Origin: an uncultured Chloroflexia bacterium
Lineage (GTDB): Bacteria > Chloroflexota > Dehalococcoidia > DSTF01 > JALHUB01
Direction: 5' to 3'
Assembly: GCA_963703345.1 (NCBI GenBank)
Contig: OY969814.1
Location: forward strand, 256,001-320,000
DNA: 64,000 bases
The position numbers and the translations under genes were made by a program. The notes under the pieces were generated by a model. That model was not told the DNA's origin. It did not search any database and was given only the letters and a program-made list of their open reading frames with translations. Of this stretch, positions 1-9,279 are shown piece by piece (position 1 is the first letter of the stretch; each line of letters opens with the position of its first letter).

Positions 1-537
1 GAGCCGGTTCACGGCTTCGAGTGTGCGGCTAGCGCGGCCCTCGAGCTCATCGAGGCGCTGCTGGAGCTCGGCTGTCTGATGGGCCGTGGCGGCGGCCGAT
101 TCCTGATAGCGCTTGCCGGTCTCCTCGATGCCGTTCTGGCGCTCTTGCCAGGAGGCGATCTGGCGTTCGAGGTCCTGCGCCTGTCGCGCGAGGTCTGCCC
201 TCTCCCCGCGGATGTGCTCGTTCTCCGCTTGTTGCTGTCGCGCGGCCTCCTCGGCGTGGGCGCGGGCGCGCTCCTGCTCCTCGCGGAGGCGGGCTGTTAG
301 CGTCTGAAGCTGGCGGACTTCCTCCTGGAGGAGGGTCAGGGCGGAAAGCTGAGTATTGAGGACGGCGAGAGCCTCGTCCTGGTGACGCGACCGGTCGACG
401 AGGTCGGATAGCAGCGCCTGGAGCTGTTCAACCTGTTGCTCAAGTTTCGCGGCCTGGACTTTGGCGTTGTGGACCTCGTCCTGAAGCCACTGAGAGCTGC
501 CCGGCGCGGCCTTTATCTCCTGTTCCTCGGGAGACAT
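1..537 (-). CDS. Coiled-coil protein, N-terminal part (runs off window edge)
   Basis: Manual translation from ATG at 537: MSPEEQEIKAAPGSSQWLQDEVHNAKVQAAKLEQQVEQLQALL...; Q/E/L/R heptad-rich, open to position 1; directly downstream of hom. Confidence 0.75.
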   Translation of the reverse strand, partial: MSPEEQEIKAAPGSSQWLQDEVHNAKVQAAKLEQQVEQLQALLSDLVDRSRHQDEALAVLNTQLSALTLLQEEVRQLQTLTARLREEQERARAHAEEAARQQQAENEHIRGERADLARQAQDLERQIASWQERQNGIEETGKRYQESAAATAHQTAELQQRLDELEGRASRTLEAVNRL

Positions 538-549
538 CTGCCGTACCCC

Positions 550-1863
550 CTACGCCTCGATGCGGATGAAGCTGCCTATTTCATGAACGACGTCGAGGGC
601 GGCGACCTCACGCAGCGCGGTCTGCACGGCCTTCTCCTGCGCCTCGTGCGTTGTCATGACGATCTCCGCCGTCTGGTCGGCCTCGTTCGACTCCTTCTGG
701 ATGAAGGTGGCGATGCTTATCTGGTTATTGCCGAGGACGGCGGCGATGCGCGCCAGGACGCCGGGCCTGTCCGCGACCGTCATACGCATGTAGTAGCGGG
801 TGCGCAGATCATCGATCGGTCGGAGGACGAGGGCGTCGCGGGCAGTCCAGCGCAGCGGCTGTCCGCCGCCGTGCGTGAGGGTGTGAGCGGCGTTGAGCAC
901 GTCGGCGACGACGGCGCTGGAGGTGGCTTGGGGTCCGGCGCCCGGGCCTTCGAACAGGACGCGGTCGAGGAGGTCGCCTTCGACCTGGATGGCGTTGAGC
1001 ACGCCGTCGACCTTCGCCAGCGGCTCCTCTTCGGCCAGCAGGACGGGATGAACCCGCGCCTGAACTGCGCCGTCCTCTTTCTTGCCGACGGCCAGCAGCT
1101 TTATCGTATAGCCCATCTCGCCGGCGTAGCGGAAGTCTTTGGCGCCGAGACGGGTGATCCCCTCGCGGTAGACCTGGTCGGGCGTGACGGTGGTCCGGAA
1201 GGCGAGACTGGAGAGGATGGCGAGCTTGTAGGCGGCGTCGATGCCTTCGACGTCGTTTGTTGGGTCGGCCTCGGCATAGCCGAGCGACTGGGCGTCCCGC
1301 AGCGCCTCGGCGAAATCGCGGCCGTCTTTGCTCATGGAGGTGAGGATGTAGTTGGTGGTGCCATTGATGATGGCGGAGACGGCGGTGATGTCATTTGCCA
1401 GGAGATCGCGCTTGAGGGGGGCGATAATCGGTATGCCGCCGCCGACGCTGGCTTCGTAGAGGATGTCGACGTTGTTCTGCTGGGCCGCGGCCAACAGCTC
1501 CGGGCCGTGCTTGGCCATGACCTCCTTGTTGGCGGTGACCACGTAGCGTCCCGCCTGGAGGGAACGTCGCATGAGGTCGAAGGCGGGGTTCTCGCCGCCG
1601 AGGAGCTCGATGACGATGTCGAGGTCGGCGAAAGCGAGAAAGGCTTCGGCGTCAGGCGTTACGATGGTCGGGTCGAGGCCGAGTGCTGCCGTCTTGTCGG
1701 CGTCCTTTTCCAGGACGCGGGCGAGGACAAGGGGACAGCCAAGCTGCTCGGAAAAAGGGGCCTGCTTTCCCAGCAGGACACGGGCGACGCCGCTGCCGAT
1801 GACGCCGACCCCCATGAGCCCGACGCGGACGCTACTCCGGCTACTGGCCAGTTGGCTGTGCAG
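550..1863 (-). CDS. hom: Homoserine dehydrogenase with C-terminal ACT domain
   Basis: VGLMGVGVIGSG Rossmann motif, VVTANK, YEASVGGGIP, NGTTNYIL, GYAEADPTNDVEGIDAAYK, GPGAG, ACT domain (DRPGVLA). ORF-track ATG 1815 cuts the first beta strand, so start is probably CTG at 1863 or 1851. Confidence 0.95.
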   Translation of the reverse strand: MHSQLASSRSSVRVGLMGVGVIGSGVARVLLGKQAPFSEQLGCPLVLARVLEKDADKTAALGLDPTIVTPDAEAFLAFADLDIVIELLGGENPAFDLMRRSLQAGRYVVTANKEVMAKHGPELLAAAQQNNVDILYEASVGGGIPIIAPLKRDLLANDITAVSAIINGTTNYILTSMSKDGRDFAEALRDAQSLGYAEADPTNDVEGIDAAYKLAILSSLAFRTTVTPDQVYREGITRLGAKDFRYAGEMGYTIKLLAVGKKEDGAVQARVHPVLLAEEEPLAKVDGVLNAIQVEGDLLDRVLFEGPGAGPQATSSAVVADVLNAAHTLTHGGGQPLRWTARDALVLRPIDDLRTRYYMRMTVADRPGVLARIAAVLGNNQISIATFIQKESNEADQTAEIVMTTHEAQEKAVQTALREVAALDVVHEIGSFIRIEA

Positions 1864-2929
1864 TTGGCGCTACCCCCGATCCGAGGCTCTTTGCGATATC
1901 CTCAAGGTGCGTGATCATTGAGTTGTCGCTGAGGTAAGTGCGATCGATGGAGATCTGGTCGCTTATCTGTTTTTGCCAGTTGGCGTACGACTGGTTTTCG
2001 ATGTCCGTTCGCTCGGTGTCGGTTACCTGCATGGACGACGACTTCTCGGTCAGCTCATAGATGTAGAACGAGTTCAGGTAGGCCAACGGCTGCGTTCTGT
2101 CGCCGACGTTGAGGGCGAAGACAGCGTTCTCGATGTCGGTCGGATAAGCGCCGCGGGGAACCCAGCCCAGGTCACCGCCCTTGTTCTTGCTGGTCGTGTC
2201 CAGAGAGATATCCGCGGCGATAGTGGCAAAGTCTTCGCCCTTGGCCAGCCGGTCCTGGACTGTCTGCGCATCCTGCTGCGACTGGACCCGGATGTCGCTC
2301 AGATGTACCTGCTCGGTGGCGTCGGGGATGGCCGCGCGGATGTGCTGGCGGATCTTGTCTTCGAGGAGTTGGGCTGCGATGAGCTCGCGGTACTCGTCCG
2401 GGGTGAAGCCACTGTTCTTAACGAGCGTGCGATAGGCTTCGGCGTAGGTCGCCTGGTCGGTGGAGTCGGAAAGGCCCAGGTTCTGGCGGATCTTGGCATC
2501 GACCTCATCGTCGCTGACGCTGACGTCAACCTGCGGAGCGCCGACGCGATCTACCTCGTCGCTCGTGAGATCGCTGAACGTTTGCGCCAGGGCCTGATCG
2601 TAGTTGTTCATGATCGGCGTGCCGGGAGCGGCGTTCTTGATCACGTAGCGGAGGCGCTTCTCGACGTAGTTCATCTGATAGGCGCGGTCGCCGACTTTGA
2701 GTACCGTCTCGTGCTGCGGACGGTAGCTGGTCTGCAGGTAGCCGAAGATGCCGATCCCAACGACCGCGAGGGCGGCAACGATGACGCCACCGAGGACGAA
2801 TATCTGAGCGCGGCGCTGGTTGTCACGACGCTTCGCCGTGCGCGATTTCCCGCGAGCTCCCGCACGCCGTCTCTCCTGACGTGATGTTCCCGGACCGCCT
2901 GCGCTAGGGACGCGACCAAAGATGCCCAT
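1841..2929 (-). CDS. Membrane-anchored PrsA/SurA-like parvulin foldase
   Basis: Basic N-terminus plus TM helix, SurA-N-like helical region, GEDFATIAADISLD...KGGDLGW rotamase motif. Confidence 0.85.
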   Translation of the reverse strand: MGIFGRVPSAGGPGTSRQERRRAGARGKSRTAKRRDNQRRAQIFVLGGVIVAALAVVGIGIFGYLQTSYRPQHETVLKVGDRAYQMNYVEKRLRYVIKNAAPGTPIMNNYDQALAQTFSDLTSDEVDRVGAPQVDVSVSDDEVDAKIRQNLGLSDSTDQATYAEAYRTLVKNSGFTPDEYRELIAAQLLEDKIRQHIRAAIPDATEQVHLSDIRVQSQQDAQTVQDRLAKGEDFATIAADISLDTTSKNKGGDLGWVPRGAYPTDIENAVFALNVGDRTQPLAYLNSFYIYELTEKSSSMQVTDTERTDIENQSYANWQKQISDQISIDRTYLSDNSMITHLEDIAKSLGSGVAPTAQPTGQ

Positions 2930-3008
2930 GGTAGCTAACGCTCACTTTCCTCCAGGTACGGGTGAATTTGAAGGGAGAAGTCCAACGGTTTCACCAGTCG
3001 GAGGGAGG

Positions 3009-3383
3009 TCAGCCGCGGTTAGGCGAGGGACCGGTTGTCCGAAGGTGGTCGGCTGTATAGGGCAGCAACGCCAGGTGCCGTGCCCTCTTCAAGGCGATGG
3101 TAAGGCGTCGCTGGTGCCTGGCGCAGGTGCCGGTCTTGCGCCGGGGCTCGATCTTGCCGCGGTCGGACAGGTAGCGACGCAAGGCGTCCACGTCCTTGTA
3201 ATCGATGCGGGCCACTTTCTCGGCGCAGAAGAAGCAGACTTTGCGACGGGAAGTGTAGCGCGGCCTTCTTCGTTCGGGGCGGGCCCCCTCCGCCGGACGC
3301 TCTTCCTCCGTCGCCGCTGCCGTTGCCTGCTCCGGCTGAGTCACTTCCGCCTCTATTGGATTCTCGACTTGCTCTTCATTCAC
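3009..3383 (-). CDS. rpsR: 30S ribosomal protein S18 (Zn-binding type, acidic N-terminal extension)
   Basis: RRKVCFFC...IDYKD...[32 protein letters not shown]; follows rpsF-ssb. Confidence 0.97.
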   Translation of the reverse strand: MNEEQVENPIEAEVTQPEQATAAATEEERPAEGARPERRRPRYTSRRKVCFFCAEKVARIDYKDVDALRRYLSDRGKIEPRRKTGTCARHQRRLTIALKRARHLALLPYTADHLRTTGPSPNRG

Positions 3384-3470
3384 CAGTTTGCTCAGCCGCC
3401 TCTCTCAAAATGGTTCTTCAAATGGACAAGGACAGTATACGCCTCCGACGGCTATCGTTGAAGGAGCCGC

Positions 3471-3875
3471 CTATTCGAACGGCAGGTCGTCCGGTTCGAT
3501 AGTTTCCTGCAACGGTTCCTCTTCCGCCAGAGGCGCTGCCTGGACGCGGTCGAGGAAGAGTACGGTGTTGGCTATGACCTCTGTACGAAAGCGCTTCTGG
3601 CCGTCCGGAGCTTCCCAGGAGCGGGTGCGCAGGCGTCCTTCGATATAGGCGCGGCGACCCTTCTGGAGGAACTGGCTGCAGTTTTCGGCCAGGCGGCTCC
3701 AGGTAACGATGTTGAACCATTCGGTCTCTTCGCGGCGTTCGCCTTCGGGAGTCGTATAGTTTCGGCTGGTTGCGACGCGAAAGGTGGCCACGGGATTGCC
3801 GTTGGCGGTATACCGCATCTCCGGATCAGTGCCGACGTTGCCGATGATCATTACCTTGTTCAAGCCGCCCGCCAT
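3471..3875 (-). CDS. ssb: Single-stranded DNA-binding protein
   Basis: LNKVMIIGNVGTDPEMRYT, ETEWFNIV, EGRLRTRSW, acidic tail DDLPFE. Confidence 0.97.
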   Translation of the reverse strand: MAGGLNKVMIIGNVGTDPEMRYTANGNPVATFRVATSRNYTTPEGERREETEWFNIVTWSRLAENCSQFLQKGRRAYIEGRLRTRSWEAPDGQKRFRTEVIANTVLFLDRVQAAPLAEEEPLQETIEPDDLPFE

Positions 3876-3914
3876 AGCTACGACTCCTTTCGCCGGACGA
3901 ATCCTTTCGGCCGG

Positions 3915-4202
3915 CTAATCCTCAGCCTTCACGAGAAGATGGCGCAGTACTTCTTCGGACAGGTGCAGGGACGCCTCAAGCTCGGCGGTCTGCGAGGGTT
4001 CCATGCGGAAGTGCGTGATGACGTAGTTGCCTTCGCGGCGGCTCTTGATGGGATAGGACAGCCGACGCTTGCCCCAGGGGTTGACGTCGACGATTTCGCC
4101 GCCGCGGGAGGTGACGAATTGCGTCATGCGTTCGACCGCGGCGGAGGCCTGTTCATCCTCCAGCTCCGGGTCGATGACCAGTACTAGCTCATATTCGCGC
4201 AA
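3915..4202 (-). CDS. rpsF: 30S ribosomal protein S6
   Basis: TTG start after AGGAGG; MREYELVLVIDP, WGKRRLSYPI, EGNY, VLRHL. Confidence 0.97.
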   Translation of the reverse strand: MREYELVLVIDPELEDEQASAAVERMTQFVTSRGGEIVDVNPWGKRRLSYPIKSRREGNYVITHFRMEPSQTAELEASLHLSEEVLRHLLVKAED

Positions 4203-4313
4203 TAGCCTGCTTCCTCCTGTTCGTTGAATAGAGAGCAAACAGCCTCGACCCTCCGCTCAAATCGGACCGGTCGGGCTTTGAAAGACTGTCAGCCTGAAGG
4301 GTCAAGCGGCGAA

Positions 4314-4342
4314 ATTATAGTTCCAAGAAACGGCGAAGTCAA
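4314..4342 (-). promoter_or_regulatory. Sigma70-type promoter of rpsF-ssb-rpsR
   Basis: TTGACT-17 nt-TATAAT on minus strand, ~110 nt upstream of rpsF. Confidence 0.8.
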
Positions 4343-4401
4343 TGGCGACTGCACCAGGGCGACGGGCCGGCTTTCGCCAGATGACGGAAAATGGCGCTGC
4401 G

Positions 4402-5868
4402 TCAGGCGGGCCAAAGGTGCGTAGTATGGCTTCGGCGCTGGCGCACTGCCGCTCCTGTCCGGTAGGCCGCATCGGTAACCGCGCGCGCTACGGCCCGCGC
4501 GACATGACGGTTGAAGACGCTGGGAACTATGTACTCCTCGTGCAGCTCTCTCTCCGGCACCTGGGCAGCGATTGCCTCTGCGGCGGCGAGCTTCATCTCT
4601 TCGTTCACAGTCGTCGCGTGAGCGTCGAGGAGGCCGCGGAAGAAGCCGGGGAAGCAGAGCACGTTGTTGATCTGGTTCGGGTAGTCGGAGCGGCCGGTGG
4701 CCATTACGCGCACGTACGGCTCGGCCTCTTCCGGTGGTATCTCGGGGTCGGGATTAGCCATGGCGAAGACGATCGGGTCGGGGGCCATCGCGCGCAGGTG
4801 ATCGACGGTTAGCATTCCGGGCCCGGAGAGGCCGATGAAGACATCAGCGCCTTTAATGGCGGCCGCGAGTTCGCCCTTGACCTGGCGCGGGTTCGTGTTC
4901 TCGGCGTACCAGACCTTCTCTTTGTTCATGTGCTCGGTGCGCCCCTTGTAGAGGGTTCCAGCGCGGTCCACGCCGATTATGTCCTTGACGCCGGCGGACA
5001 TCAGGATCTTGCTGCAGGCGACGCCGGCCGCGCCGACGCCCAGGAAGACGACCTTCAGGTCCTCCATCTTCTTGTCAACGACCTTGACAGCGTTGAACAG
5101 TCCGGCAAGGACGACGACCGCTGTGCCGTGCTGGTCGTCGTGGAAGACGGGAATGTCCAGCTCCCGCTTCAGCCGTTCCTCGATTTCGAAGCACCGGGGA
5201 GCGGCTATGTCTTCGAGGTTGATGCCGCCGAAGACTGGACTGATAGCCTTGACGACCTGGACGATCTCATCAGTGTCCTTAGTTTGGAGGCAAATGGGCC
5301 AGGCATCGACGCCGCCGAACTCCTTGAAGAGGATCGCCTTGCCTTCCATGACGGGAAGCGCAGCGGCCGGACCGATGTCGCCGAGGCCGAGGACAGCGGT
5401 GCCGTCCGTGACGACGGCGACGGAGTTGCCCTTGACGGTTAGACTCCAGACGGCCACGGGCTCGTGGTAGATGGCCTGACAGATACGGGCGACGCCGGGG
5501 GTGTAAGCGGCGGAGAGGTCGCCGCGCGTGTTTAGAGGCACGCGGCTGTTGACTTCGATTTTTCCGCCGAGGTGGAGCAGGAAGACAGGATCGGAGATGC
5601 TGCGAAGGCTTACTTTCTCGAGCGACTTTATGGCCTCGGTGATCTGATGAGCGTGTTCTATGTCACGGGCGGTGAAGGTGATGTCGCGGACCATGGTGTC
5701 GCGGGTGGACTGGACGATGTCGACGGCACCGATGTCGCCGCCGGCCTGGCCGATAGCGGAGGCTATCCTGCCGAGCATACCGACCTGATTGGGGTAGGCG
5801 GTCCGAATAGTGAGGGTGTAGCCGCCGCCGGGTACGTCACCCTTGATTGCTGTCATTCGCCGTTCCAT
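4402..5868 (-). CDS. NAD(P)-dependent malic enzyme with N-terminal ACT domain
   Basis: AYTPGVA, VVTDGTAVLGLGDIG, PVMEGKA, INLEDI, FHDDQHGT, ATGRSDYPNQINN; GGGAGG RBS. Confidence 0.93.
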   Translation of the reverse strand: MERRMTAIKGDVPGGGYTLTIRTAYPNQVGMLGRIASAIGQAGGDIGAVDIVQSTRDTMVRDITFTARDIEHAHQITEAIKSLEKVSLRSISDPVFLLHLGGKIEVNSRVPLNTRGDLSAAYTPGVARICQAIYHEPVAVWSLTVKGNSVAVVTDGTAVLGLGDIGPAAALPVMEGKAILFKEFGGVDAWPICLQTKDTDEIVQVVKAISPVFGGINLEDIAAPRCFEIEERLKRELDIPVFHDDQHGTAVVVLAGLFNAVKVVDKKMEDLKVVFLGVGAAGVACSKILMSAGVKDIIGVDRAGTLYKGRTEHMNKEKVWYAENTNPRQVKGELAAAIKGADVFIGLSGPGMLTVDHLRAMAPDPIVFAMANPDPEIPPEEAEPYVRVMATGRSDYPNQINNVLCFPGFFRGLLDAHATTVNEEMKLAAAEAIAAQVPERELHEEYIVPSVFNRHVARAVARAVTDAAYRTGAAVRQRRSHTTHLWPA

Positions 5869-5984
5869 GGTGCCTCCCTTCAGCCAACATTATACGGCGG
5901 GCTGAACGAGAGACACCAGCATGGGTAGGAGATATCGGATAGGAACTATACGCCGGGAAGACGAACCTCCGCGAATGCATCGGC

Positions 5985-6075
5985 GGAGATCCCGGACGGA
6001 GTTCGCGCTGCGGTCGCCATTCACGTCGGCGACTTCGACGTTATTGGCATGGCTGTCGTTGTTTGTGTCCTTCGC
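5985..6075 (-). pseudogene. Degenerate dockerin/EF-hand-loop remnant
   Basis: Translates as DTNNDSHANNVE / DVNGDRSANSV, two DxNxD loops with no start, just after the stop of the dockerin-bearing protease. Confidence 0.4.
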
Positions 6076-6098
6076 GGTGGTCGGAGCCGTGCCGAACT

Positions 6099-8432
6099 CT
6101 ATGGTCCGGGCGTCGGCGCGATCAGGCTGCAAGGGAACTGCGCGATCAGGCCGGTGACGTAGCGAGCGATCAGCATCGCGTCCAACATGGAGAGCCCGTT
6201 CGAACAGCTCACGTCCCCCATCGTCTCGTCGACTGTCGAGCAATCGATGAGCCCCGCGATGCACTGATTGATGCGCAAGGCGTCGATCATGGTCACGACA
6301 CCGTCTTTGTCGGCGTCGCCGAGGATGCCGACCCGAATGCTGCCATCCCTATTCACGTAGGGAATGTTTGTGCCCGTCGTGTCCTGGAGTGCGCTGATGG
6401 TCAACTGCAGCGGACCCACTGAGGTTGCGGCGCCGACGGCGGTGAAGGTGATGTCCGCGAAGGGGATGGTGCCGGTCGCGCCGGCAGACGTCCGCGCTCC
6501 TACTACAAGCACCGCGTCAAGGCCTAGGCGGTCGTTGTCCCAGTTTACATTGCAGTTGCCGTTGTCCATCACGCCGCCCGGGTTTGAGACGCAGGAGGTG
6601 GCGTGCACAACGTTCGGATCGTAGGAGACGATTATCGAGTAGTTCCCCAGGCCCGGCGTGCAGATGCCATCTGTCCGCAGGCGGACGGTGATGCTTGCGC
6701 CGGGAAGGACGCTCCCGGACCGAATGCTGACTATGCCGGTGCAGGCGGGAACAGTCGGCGTCGGGGTGCGGGTGGGTGTAGGCGTCGGCGTGTTCGTGCG
6801 GGTGGCGGTCGGTGTGGGGGTTATCGTTGCGGGCACAGGCGTCGGCGTTGGGGTCGCAGTCCGGGAGGGCGTGACGGTTGGTGTACTAACGGGTGTCGCT
6901 GTCCACGTCGGCGTTCGGGTCGCGGTTCGGGTGGGCGTAAGGGTTGGTGTGCGCGTGCTTGTGGGTGTCGCTGTCCGAGTCGGCGTCGAAGTCCTGGTGG
7001 GAGCAGCGGTCGGCGTTGCCGTAGGCGCGATTGTTGCCGTAGCTGTGCGTGTGCTGGTCGGAGATGGCGTGCGGGTGACGGTCGAGCTCGGCGTAGGCGT
7101 CTGAGTCGCTGAACCGGTGGGCGAGGGTGTGATGCCCGGCGACGCAGGAACGTCGACATAGTAAGCATAGGTTTCGATGGCGCACTCGCCGTAGCCGACC
7201 TTGAAGTAGCCGTTACCGTTCCAGGTGCTGCCCCAACTGTTCTTGACTATCCAGTAGCCTCCGGCGTCGTCGTAGCCCGTGATTACGACGGCATGGTTGG
7301 CGCCGGTGTCGGTGGTGCAATGGTAGACGCCCTGAGCGTCAAAGGTGCCGCCGTATCCGCCGCCTACTCCCATGGCAACGACCAGGGGGCCCTTGTCGAC
7401 GAGGGTCTGCTTCATCTGGGCGGCGGGAACGGCGGTGACGGCGTTAATCTTCACCGACCGGCTCTGGTAGTCGCTGCAGCGGTTGGCGCAGGTGGCGTTG
7501 CTGCAGGCGCCGCCGCTGTGATAGACGCAGTTGGAACCACAGCTCGAGCTGCAGGTGCAGTTGGACTGGTCGACGTAGGGCATGCAGGCTTCGTCCGGTA
7601 CTCCGTTGTCGCGGACGTATGAGAGGGCGCTCACGTAGTTGCCGCCGCAGCAGTTGCCGTAAGAGCCCATGGTGTAACAATCGGAGACGAGGTACTCCTC
7701 GGAGAGATCGAGGCTGAGGTTGGCATTACCGCTCTTGATGTTGTAGGTCCCTTCCGTCACGCCGGCGCTGGCGAACGCCCAGCAGGAGCCGCAGGAGCCC
7801 TGGTTCTTGACGCTGGTCATCCAGTTCTGACCGTTCTGGTTGCGCCAGTCGAAGGAGGCGGGAGCCGAGACAATGATGTCGTTGGGCTGGCCGGAAGGGG
7901 CCGGACTCTGGAGGGAGGGGACGCTGCTGCGGGTGGCCTTTCGGCTCAGGTCCATCAGGTTATCGACGGAGCCGACGTCTTGCTTGCTGCCGACAGTGAC
8001 GCATTCGGCGTAGTCGCGGGAGAGCGAGCCACGGTTGTCGCGCTTCGTGATGACGTCGAGGCCCTGCTTGGCACAATAGGAGTGTTGCTTGCCGCATTCG
8101 CCGTTGAGGAAGCTCCACTCCTCACAGCTGCTGCCGTCCGGGAAAACGCAGACTCCTTGCTCGCTGCCGTCAGCCGCGCTGGAGATGCGGTAATCGTAGC
8201 CGAGGTCCTTGCAATAGGTTGCGGCGGGATTCGCCATGCCGAGGCGGTCGCCGTTGTTGCTGCCGCCGCCGCAAGTGGCCGGCGCCTGGCTGGAGAAGTC
8301 TTGCGCGGTCGCCTGTTCAGGGGAGGCCGAATCGCGGGAAGATTCTCCGCCAGCGTGTCCAAGGATTATCCAGGATACGACGAGTACCGCAACAACCGCG
8401 GCTATGGCCGCAACAGACAGCTTGTGACGCAT
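6099..8432 (-). CDS. Secreted C1A (papain-family) cysteine protease: DUF333-like + C1A + Pro/Thr linker + cohesin-like + dockerin
   Basis: Signal/[11 protein letters not shown]...CEEW (DUF333-like), [34 protein letters not shown] repeats, SYDPNVV..FADITF (cohesin-like), [15 protein letters not shown] / [15 protein letters not shown]. Confidence 0.9.
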   Translation of the reverse strand: MRHKLSVAAIAAVVAVLVVSWIILGHAGGESSRDSASPEQATAQDFSSQAPATCGGGSNNGDRLGMANPAATYCKDLGYDYRISSAADGSEQGVCVFPDGSSCEEWSFLNGECGKQHSYCAKQGLDVITKRDNRGSLSRDYAECVTVGSKQDVGSVDNLMDLSRKATRSSVPSLQSPAPSGQPNDIIVSAPASFDWRNQNGQNWMTSVKNQGSCGSCWAFASAGVTEGTYNIKSGNANLSLDLSEEYLVSDCYTMGSYGNCCGGNYVSALSYVRDNGVPDEACMPYVDQSNCTCSSSCGSNCVYHSGGACSNATCANRCSDYQSRSVKINAVTAVPAAQMKQTLVDKGPLVVAMGVGGGYGGTFDAQGVYHCTTDTGANHAVVITGYDDAGGYWIVKNSWGSTWNGNGYFKVGYGECAIETYAYYVDVPASPGITPSPTGSATQTPTPSSTVTRTPSPTSTRTATATIAPTATPTAAPTRTSTPTRTATPTSTRTPTLTPTRTATRTPTWTATPVSTPTVTPSRTATPTPTPVPATITPTPTATRTNTPTPTPTRTPTPTVPACTGIVSIRSGSVLPGASITVRLRTDGICTPGLGNYSIIVSYDPNVVHATSCVSNPGGVMDNGNCNVNWDNDRLGLDAVLVVGARTSAGATGTIPFADITFTAVGAATSVGPLQLTISALQDTTGTNIPYVNRDGSIRVGILGDADKDGVVTMIDALRINQCIAGLIDCSTVDETMGDVSCSNGLSMLDAMLIARYVTGLIAQFPCSLIAPTPGP
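6715..7140 (-). repeat. Low-complexity Pro/Thr (TPTxT) linker-coding repeats
   Basis: ~130 aa of TPT/TAT/TRT repeats within the protease gene. Confidence 0.8.
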
Positions 8433-8630
8433 AGTCTACCCCCTGGCTCCAGAGAAGATGGTCCCGTTTCAATTTATCGACTGGTCGGCAGGAATCTGTT
8501 CGAAAGCGGCAAGAGCGAGGGCCTGCTCAGGGCGCGAACCAGGAGCAGCAGGATACGGGGGCGGAGGTCTCGGGAGTAAGGATGACGAAGCTTGCTATGG
8601 GGCGTTTTGAAGAGCGTCCGGAGAGAGAGT

Positions 8631-8706
8631 TGGCGTCCCTGGAGGGATTCGAACCCCCGACCCGCTGCTTAGAAGGCAGCCGCTCTATCCCCTGAGCTAC
8701 AGGGAC
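8631..8706 (-). tRNA. tRNA-Arg(UCU)
   Basis: GTCCCTG acceptor stem, GCTGC-CTTCTAA-GCAGC anticodon arm, GTTCGAATC T-loop, encoded CCA. Confidence 0.96.
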
Positions 8707-8714
8707 GCTTCAGA

Positions 8715-9203
8715 CTACTGTCGCGCGGTCTCTACTTTGTAGTAGTTGCCTCGCGCCCTGTCGCTGTGCCGAATGTCGACTATCCGCAGGCCACTGAGGT
8801 CGGGACTTGTTGTTACGTACTTCTGAAGCCAGCGACCCAGGGGCTGCGCGGCGAGCACGGCGAGCATGGAGGCGAGCAGAACGCTGGGGAGTCTTTCCCA
8901 GCGATTGCGGTTGCCGGCGCTTAGTGTCGAAGCAAGGCCGGCCATGACTCCGGCGACGACGAGGTTCGTTCCGCATAGTGGCGAAACCGCCAGCACCGAC
9001 TCGCCGGCTTGCAGGCGGCTAAGTCCCTGCGCGGCGGACTCCTGGACGTCCTGCGGAGGAACGTTGCCGTAGATGTAGAAGCCGCCGGCGGTGGCGCGAC
9101 CAACGAGGCGGACGTCCGGGCCAAGCCGCCCCATGAGGATAGATATGGTTGCGTGTTCCAAAGCGTGGTTCCGGCGAACGGAACCTATTAGTCGATTCAA
9201 CAT
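8715..9203 (-). CDS. DUF6391-like membrane protein
   Basis: RRNHALEHAT, LAVSPLCGTN motifs; GGAGGAG RBS before ATG 9203. Confidence 0.75.
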   Translation of the reverse strand: MLNRLIGSVRRNHALEHATISILMGRLGPDVRLVGRATAGGFYIYGNVPPQDVQESAAQGLSRLQAGESVLAVSPLCGTNLVVAGVMAGLASTLSAGNRNRWERLPSVLLASMLAVLAAQPLGRWLQKYVTTSPDLSGLRIVDIRHSDRARGNYYKVETARQ

Positions 9204-9279
9204 CTCTCCTCCCAATCCCACTTCGAGTATATCACAGGGTTATCGGCGCGCCGATGACGAGGCTGTTGGCCCCGGTAGG

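Noticed and set aside
4453-4468. CCTGTCCGGTAGGC resembling the PAYRQAG palindrome in the malic enzyme
   Set aside because: AAYRTGAA fits the normal C-terminal helix of the family; no indel implied
6715-7140. Possible CRISPR or VNTR array
   Set aside because: Degenerate codon-level Pro/Thr linker repeats; no fixed repeat-spacer period and no cas genes
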